Shown: positions 29,601 to 38,400 of the stretch, piece after piece
Numbering within the stretch: position 1 is the stretch's first letter
How the letters are laid out: the number at the start of each line of letters is the position of its first letter
NCBI RefSeq assembly: GCF_964355755.1
Contig: NC_092670.1
Span: forward strand, 39,110,388-39,174,387
Length of the DNA: 64,000 nucleotides
Direction: 5' to 3'
DNA from: Antedon mediterranea
Taxonomy: Eukaryota; Animalia; Echinodermata
Made by a program: the position numbers and the translations under genes
The notes under the pieces: model-generated
What the model saw: the letters and a program-made list of their open reading frames with translations, nothing else
The model's database searches: none
What the model was told of the DNA's origin: nothing

Positions 29601-32600
29601 TGAAGGTGACGCGACGACTATAGCAATTTGGGATGAACCAATGGCGATAGAGTCTGGTAGTTCTTTGGTGGCCGACTGTAACTATTATTCTGGAGCCGAA
29701 TTTGCTGTCGATTCACTGAACGAAGTCAACTGTGTATTCACCGCATCTACAGATCTGGAATCAATTTGCTCTTTTACTGTTACAATCGATCGTAAGAAAA
29801 CAAAATTATTTTTTAACGTTTTCCATCTTGGCGCAATAGGCTTTCCACAATTTGTTTCCATTATTTTCTTATAAGGCTGAGCTGGATGCATGAGTAATAA
29901 ACTAATTGCCTCTATAAAATTAGAAGCAGGAGCCATGCTTGTTACCATTTTATAATTGAAAATGTTTCGCAATGTATATAATGTGATTTATTTATAAGTA
30001 CGTGTAAATATTCTTTAAACACTTATCATACTATAAAGATCCCTAATCTCGTTAATTTAAATATCACAGCTCCAGAGGATACAGAAGATCCCGAGATTAG
30101 TAACTGTCCTGCAGATCAGACAATCGAGGCTGAGTTTGGAAGTGAAACGGCATCTGCTACGTGGACGCCTCCAACTGCAACAGACAATTCAAACACGAGT
30201 CCAACATTGTCAGTAACTAAGGAACCTGGTTCCGACTTCGACATTGGTATTACTGATGTAGTTTACATTGCACGGGATTCTTCCGGAAATACAGGCAGTT
30301 GTCAATTTAAGATAACTGTTACAGGTAGGCCAAAACGAAACTTGTTTGCAAAAAGAAATGATGAACAAAAGGAAATCTTTCTAAACAATATCAGGGAAGA
30401 GTTAACTCTTGCCTGACAATATTATGTACGCGGTGGTTAGGATGTGCATGCATGAGCGATTTTTAATTGACCAATCAATTGCGTTTATTCTGCCTGAATC
30501 CTAACCACTTCGTATTACGTCGCGTATACTGGAATAAATTAGTTTCCAATTAAGGCATTCCCCAATTCAAAAGAATAGAATAGCGTTATAGATACAAGAC
30601 AAATCCTTTCTAACTGTCATTCTATTCCATTAGGATTTGTTGATTCTGGTGATCCAGTTATAGAAGACTGCCCATCAAATATTAATGAGTTTGTTAGTAG
30701 TGGAACGACATCATACCAAGTGTCATGGGATCCACCATCAGCAACGGACGACTCTGGTGCTGTGGAAATTACAACAGATTATGAACCAGGTTTTTCCTTC
30801 CCTGCCAATGAAAATACATTGGTGACGTACACGGCAACGGATGACAAAGGAAATGAAGATTTCTGTACATTTACTGTATCTATAACAGGTAAATATAGTA
30901 ATTAAATAAGTCTGGTTTAGACTAAGATAATATCCTGTATGGAACGCACATTCGATATCGGCTGTTTCATAGAAATGTGTAAAAATAGGTACAATAAATT
31001 GAATGTATTTTATCTTCATTAGTTGATACAGAAGCACCAACGGTGACAAACTGCCCGACAGACATTACCGAAACTATACTATCAGGAGAAATATCCACAT
31101 CCGTAACATGGACCTCACCAACTGTCCAAGACAACTCAGGCGATTATACAGTTATATCATCGCCAACGCCCGGATCTGACTTTAACCAAGGAGTGAGGAC
31201 AGTGACATACACAATTTCCGACAATTATGGAAACATAAATAATGATTGTTCCTTCACAGTGACAGTAACAGGTAAATACTTGAGTACACTATATAAATTG
31301 GTTATTCCTGTTTGAGTAACAAAGCGACGCTATTTTTGGCTCCAGTAGCCGCCCATAACAGACACGATATATTGTTGTACCGAGGAAGAGTTCTCCGTAA
31401 ATCTTACCTAACAAAGAGGCAATTCATTGTAAATTGTAATTTGAAATATAAATTGATTTATAAATAAATGAAAAATAATCTACTCACAAAATACATGCAT
31501 TATATAGTTCCAAAAGCAACTGGTAAATTCTGAATTACGGGAAATCATTCAATCAATCTTGTTTAATTCCATGAGCCAACGGTGGCAATATGTCGTGTAG
31601 GATACTCACTCAAGCACATTAAAACGCTTTACACTAAATTTGCATATAGATACGAGTTCAACCTGTCAAAATAATACAGTATGCTAACTTCGCTATGTAA
31701 AATTGATACAATATATATTTCTGGAAATAATTTCTTTTTATAACTATGTCTAAATGCTGTGGACATATAATGTCACTTTTGATTTACGACAAGCAACGAC
31801 CTAATAATTGAGTTTCTTGGCTCTCCGTCTTGACAAATTTTTGTGTTTTTTTTAGATCTATTTACTATCCAGAAGAAAACATTAAATTAATGTCATAATT
31901 ATATTATTTTTAATAATTATAGTGGACGAACCACCTACGTTTTCATTCTGTCCGGATAGTAGTAGTATAGATACTGATCTAAACTCAGCATCGGGAACGG
32001 CAGTATGGACAACGCCAGTAGCAGAGGACGACATCGACGGTGCCGTCATACCCACGTCAACATCATCTTCAGGGCAGCCGCTTGGTATTGGCAACAATCC
32101 AATTGTGTATACAGCGACAGATTCCTCCAATCAGGAGACAGAATGTTCTTTCTCTATAACGGTCAACGGTAAGTTGTTTTCTTCTAAAAACATACGAAAC
32201 ATACGAAATTTGCTTTAACACATACATTAAAATTGCATTTTAGAGTGGAACTTAAACCAGCCAGTGATTAAAATAATTTGTATTTATTTTTAGACAACCA
32301 AGACCCAGAGTTTATCACCACTCCTGATTCACCAGTGGCATGGGCGCTAGCTGGAGAACCGTCTGCTAGTGTGACCTGGGTCGAGCCAGTGGTGAATGAC
32401 AACGCTGACCCGAGTCCGGTAGTGACGTTGACGGGCGGAACGAATGGAGGGAGTTATGACGTCGGCACAACTACTTTAACGTATATAGTGACAGACGAAT
32501 CTGGAAACTTTGCCACGTATTCTTTCAATGCAATTGTTAACGGTAATTTAATAATCAAAGATAATTCTATTTTTTATAAAAATCTCGAGATATGCATCCT

Positions 32601-35405
32601 CTTCTTACATATAAAGTTTTTTTACAGAATTTTCATTAACCAACCCTTAAAAATAAATTATCTATTTCAGAGGACTTACCACCCCAGTTCACACTCTGTC
32701 CCGCAAGTTCATCTGTAAACACCGACCAGGGTCTTTCTACAGCCACGGAAGCATGGACCACGCCGGTAGCTACAGACGCACGTGATGGAGCAATCACTCC
32801 TACGTCATCTTCAAGTTCAGGACAAGAGTTTGAGTTTGGTAGCAATCAAGTGACATACACTGCTGTTGATTCGTCTGGCCAATCTACTCAATGCGTCTTC
32901 TTTATAACGGTTTTAGGTTAGTGTTCTTGATTGACGGGTTCTATGATAGGGATACACAATACATTCAAGTTATTCCTTCCATGATGATACAGGCATTCAT
33001 TATAACAATCATAACATTGTATGTAGATGGAGAAAATAGAAAGAAGCAGCAACATATTAATACTTTTCTTCTTTTTTTCAGACAATCAAGACCCTCAAAT
33101 AACACAGATAACTCCCCCAGTCCCGGTTACTGCAGCACTTGGTGCGACTACGGCACTTGTTAGCTGGCCAGAACCTACTGTATCAGACAACGTAGATCCA
33201 ACTCCATCAATATTACTAACAGGTGGTACGAATGGAGGCGCCTACGATATTGGAACAACTGATCTCACGTACACGGTTACCGATTCCAGTGGAAATTCAA
33301 TTACTTATGATTTTGAAGTTGTTGTAAATGGTAAATAACGTAGTTGATTTTATTTGTAAATAATACACAATATAAAGAAGCTAATTGCTAAAGCTTGGTT
33401 TCCACTAGCGACGCAACGTAACGAAACCTACACAACGTAAGAAAATGCCCTTCCAATAATTGTGCTTGCCGCCACCTGCGTGAATGTTTGCAGCACTATA
33501 ATGCGTCGTCGGTTCCCACTTTGTGATTACCCAATATTGCATTTCAATACGTCACTGCGTTGCGTCGCATCGCTAATGGGAACCACGCTTTAATAAGTAT
33601 TTTAATTGTTTCAATATCATTGTTTGCAGAGTTCCCAGAGGACACAACTGAACCAGTTTTCACGTTCTGTCCTGGTGCTGTAACGGTTAACAATTCGCCA
33701 GGCCTGGCAACTGGAGTAGCTTCTTGGACTCTGCCTGTTGCCACTGATGATCGTGGCTCAGTCAGCGTCACACCGACCTTCAGCTCAGGGACTTACGACA
33801 TTGGAACAACACCAGTCGTGTATTCAGCAACTGACGGTGTCAACACGGTAACATGTACTGTATTAGTTCAAGTCATAGGTAAGTCTGTCATTTCTTAAAT
33901 AAGAAGTGTTTCCTAAGAAGATCTCTTCTAAACTTTTTCAGGATTAAGGAAGTAAATATCATCTAATCAAGACATGATCTTTACCTAAAACGTTTATTCC
34001 GGTTTCAATTGTGTTGTTGCTTTTAATTTAATGTGTGTATTTTTAATGGTTTTCTCAAGCGCCTTGAACACCTTGTGGATATGTGCGCTTATCATTTTAT
34101 CTTACCTTCATCCCAATAGATAATGAAGATCCAGTTATCAGCAATTGTCCAGCAAATATGAACTATTATGTGCTGACTTTGACGACCGCAGCACTGGTTA
34201 TATGGGTTGAACCGGTGGCATCTGATAACAATGCTATCACTTCTTTCTCATCAAATCTTCAATCTGGAGTCCGACGTATGGCAGGGACAGAAACCGTTAC
34301 GTATACAGCAACTGATGCAGCCTCTAATACGGACGAGTGCATTTTTGTTATAAATATTCTTGTAGAAACAGGTTCGTTGACTCTGCACATATAACATAGT
34401 TACATTAAACAATACTAGTAATGCCACATCTATTCATGATAAAATTGTATATTATTACGATCATAATTTTGGGACCCCTTTGGAAACAAGCCTTTGGGCT
34501 TCAAGGGTTATCCCCTGCTTCCCATGTTTACAACAAGCCTTTAGGCTTCAAGGTTTATCCCCTGCTTTCCATGTTTACAACAAGCCTTTGGGCTTCAAGG
34601 TTTATCTCCTGCTTTCCATGTTTACAACAAGCCTTTAGGCTTCAAGGTTTATCCCCTGCTTTCCATTGTTATTGTTATCTATTTTTAATCTATTTAAAAA
34701 TAACCGGTTAAATTGCGTTATGCAGCAGAAACAGACCCCATGTTTACAACAAGCCTTTGGGCTTCAAGGTTTATCCCCTGCTTTCCATGTTTACAACAAG
34801 CCTTTGGGCTTCAAGGGTTATCTTCTGCTTTCCATGTTTACAACAAGCCTTTGGGCTTCAAGGTTTATCCCCTGCTTTCCATGTTTACAACAAGCCTTTG
34901 GGCTTCAAGGGTTATCTTCTGCTTTCCATGTTCAATTTCTCAAGATTAAAGTTTGTATTATTCTATATATTTATTTTAATTCATATTTTATGCTGTTTTA
35001 TAAATTGTACTGTTCTTGGAAAGCAATCAATATTACTTACATAATGACAAACAATTTTAAGTATTTCGTGAATAAATGTACTATTACTAACAAACGTTTT
35101 TGTTTCTCTTCTAGATCCGATAAGCATTATGGGAAGCGTGGTTATGGACGAAATACGAGGAGTTGATGGCACATTCTCGACGACAGCAGGCAACTTACTT
35201 ATTCCACAACTGGAACAAGACGTATGTATTTCCAAACGTATTCATTATTATTAATAATATATGGTTAATCACGATTCATAAAAAAATTCTAATCATAATT
35301 ATGAGATAAATTTGTATATATTACAATGCCATGATTATTAACAATTAAAAACATACGAGTTAGTATTCTACTAAACTATACGGTGTAAAACTAGCTCTTC
35401 TCTGA

Positions 35406-35439
<34 letters not shown>

Positions 35440-38400
35440 TTAGGAACTGTACCTTGCGGATACTGAACACAATGCGCACACATTTCTGGATTCCACATCG
35501 TCATGCCACTCATGGTAACACGAGTTGCAACTGTTCTCAAAACTATAAAATACAATTTAAAATTAATTGAATATGATAACCACAGAAATATAATGTTGAT
35601 GATTTTAGTTAGATGATCTGTTCCGAGCAAGTAGTATCGGGAACGTGTTTGCTGGCATTACAGTTTCAATGTACTCATTTGACGATGACGACAACGTGGT
35701 GGTGATCTATAGTGTTGAGTTGGCGTCTGGTTCAACCTTAGTAGCGTCTGACATTGAAAACGCTTTCGAAAATCGTCTCACATCCTTAATGTTTGCTACA
35801 GATAATTTGGTAGTGGCAGCTTCATTTAACGCCGGTAAGACATTTTTATTGCTCTATCATATTTGGCATATTTTAAAGCATGTTAAAATATTATATTAAG
35901 CTTAGTTCCCACTGGACACAACGTAACGCAACCTAGGCAACGTAATAAAATGCCCTTCCAATCATTGTGTTTTCCCCCGCCTGCGGAAAATCAAACCTAC
36001 GATGTTTGCATCACTATTGCGTCATCGGTTCCCACTTGTGATTACGAAATACAGCATTTTGCGTCGATACGTCGTTGTGTTGCGTTCTAGTGGGAACCAC
36101 GCTTTAGAGGTACGGTTTTCCGTCCAAAAACATTACATATTATTTATTATACAACACGTCTAACAATTTAAAATAATATATTTTGCCAGATCTCATTAGC
36201 TTATCAGGATCTGTGATAATGGATCAAATTCGTGGAGTAGACGGCACATTTTCTGATGCTAGTGCCACTACACTCATTGCACAACTTGAAGACGATGTAA
36301 GTGAAAATATATTCTATATTTTAAACACTTGATATGTAGACATATACATCTTGATAACCAAAGAAGTTAGATTAAAAAATGTATTTATCTCAATGTAATT
36401 GAGACGGTGTATCACTATACATCATTGGCAACAATCACACGCGAAGCGTAACGAGAGATTGTTTAAGAATGTCATTATACATGTTTCAATACGGATTTAA
36501 TTTGTTCTTGCTTTGTTGTTTAGTTAAATGCCTTGTTGCAGAGTAGCAGTATCTCTCCTGATTTTGCCGGATTAACAATAACAAGTAACGCATTCGATGA
36601 CGACAATAACGTACTCATAGAATTTAATACATATCTCGTGGCCGATTCTACACTGTCCACAGCAGATATCGAAGCTGCGTTTTATGCTGCGTTGACAGAT
36701 GGAACTAATTTTGATACAAATGACGTCGTTGTGGCAAACACGTTTATTATTGGTGAGTAGGACTAATATACTTTCACTAGAAAGAATCAAATAAGGACTA
36801 CTATTCCATTTTTAGTTTACTTACTTTGAAATGATAAGCTCATTCTAAAGCGTGGTTCCCACTAGCGACGTAACGCAACGCAACGCAGCGACGTATTGAC
36901 GCAAAGTGCTGTATTGCGTAATCACAAGTGAGAACCGACGACGCAACATTGCAAACATTGCAGGTTGCGTATATTGCGTTACGTCGCGACGCTAATGGGA
37001 AGAAAACACCCCGAGTTCACAAAACCGGCGACCGATAATTGGAAATAGTGTGCATTAAAGATTATCTTGTTTAACTTGTGCAAAAACAATACAGGTGAGG
37101 ATGTGTGCGCTACTTCACCTTGTCAAAACGATGGAGTTTGTCAACGAGTTGGCACAACCTATACCTGCACATGCGCAGATGGCTACCAAGGAACCAATTG
37201 TGAATCAGGTAAGCGTTTGACCTTTGTTAAGTTTAACTAAAATATGAAAACATCTTTTTTTTTCAATAACACAATGTTTAAATTATTTTAGTTTCAAATG
37301 TTAAAACTCACTAACATTATTATTGAAACTAAGATTTCAAAATTACTGTTCCCACTAGTAGGCCACTATAAGTAAATCTGGATATGTAATAATTGTTATT
37401 TACATCTGATTTGTTTAGACATAGATGAATGTGCAGCCAATATTTGCAGGAATGATCAAGTATGCACAAACCTAATTGGTTCCTATATATGTGAATGCGA
37501 TATTGGGTTTTTTGAGATTTCTTCAACCTGTGTCGGTAAGTTCAAACAGACAAAAACCTATAAGTTCTGTCTACACTATTAAACTAGTTTTTGACAAAAC
37601 AAGTGTGATGTGCCCAAATATGGTAGTGATATGTCCAAATATGATAGTGATATGACATCATTATGTCCATATATGGGCAAATCACATGTCACATAAAGTT
37701 TGATAGTGTAGACAGAGCTTAATAGAAATGAATACATTATTTAACGAATTAACGTTTGGGAAACGCAAGTTAATCTAAAACCAACATTTCAATCTACTTT
37801 TTAGCGGTTCGACAAATCACCGGCGGATTTACTATCATTTCAATTGGAGTTGATGACGCTACGTTTACCGAGGCGTACAACGACCCTTCGTCAGATGAGT
37901 ACCGGGAACTGGTTGCTATCATCATTGAAGCAGTAAGTAGTAAAGTACTTAAGCCTATTGTCACAAACAGAAGGAAATTTACAAATAAGGATAATAATAA
38001 TAATATAATAATAAACTTGAATAATATACCGGTACATCATTATTATTTGTTGATTTAAACACCAACATTACGCCCTCTTTAAACATTAGATTTCTAAAGA
38101 TCTTTGGCCCTTTTGGGAGAAAGAAGCATGTATTTGAAAAAGTATAACGTCCACACCGCCATGTGCAATGATCGAATGGCGCTATATACATTAACAATAT
38201 TAGTTTAAAAATTATTATATTACTCGTCAGTGACGCTACAAACAAAATGGTATCAATGCAGTATCAAGCTTTGCATGGAGCGTGAGACTATTTATAGTGA
38301 TCAATAACGCTATTGCACTTTCGCACCTAAACGGGGCATAAGACTTCACGATCACTCATGCACTATCACCGCCGCGCAGCGAGTGAATGTTTTTAAATTG

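Larger units (their letters stand above)
2661..34371 (+). other. Array of 45 HYR (hyalin repeat) domains encoded by 46 phase 1-1 exons
   Basis: Each exon translates to the HYR consensus D-x-E-x-P-x(3-4)-CP...V-x-W-x-x-P-x-A-x-DNSG...G-x-x-F-x-IG-x-T-x-V-x-Y-x-A-x-D-x-SGN-x(3)-C-x-F-x-V-x-V. Full-domain exons are 228-288 nt and every exon length is a multiple of 3. Confidence 0.93.

Noticed and set aside
4429-33771. Many minus-strand ORFs overlapping HYR exons (e.g. 4429-4674, 19690-20064, 23677-23964, 33544-33771)
   Set aside because: Antisense shadows of coding exons, with no motifs or splice logic of their own.
2661-34371. HYR exons as separate small genes or a bacterial adhesin / horizontal transfer
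   Set aside because: Each is bounded by AG/GT in phase 1, lacks its own start and stop, and sits among animal transposons.
35130-35147. GSVVM in the first SEA-like exon (and GSVIM in the second) as an autocleavage site
   Set aside because: It lies in the first beta strand, aligning with ITGGFTI of SEA3, not in the cleavage loop.
34421-35166. Several overlapping 78-166 aa ORFs; repeat array superficially CRISPR-like
   Set aside because: They are translations of the 47-bp minisatellite. Units are contiguous with no unique spacers, there are no cas genes, and the DNA is eukaryotic.
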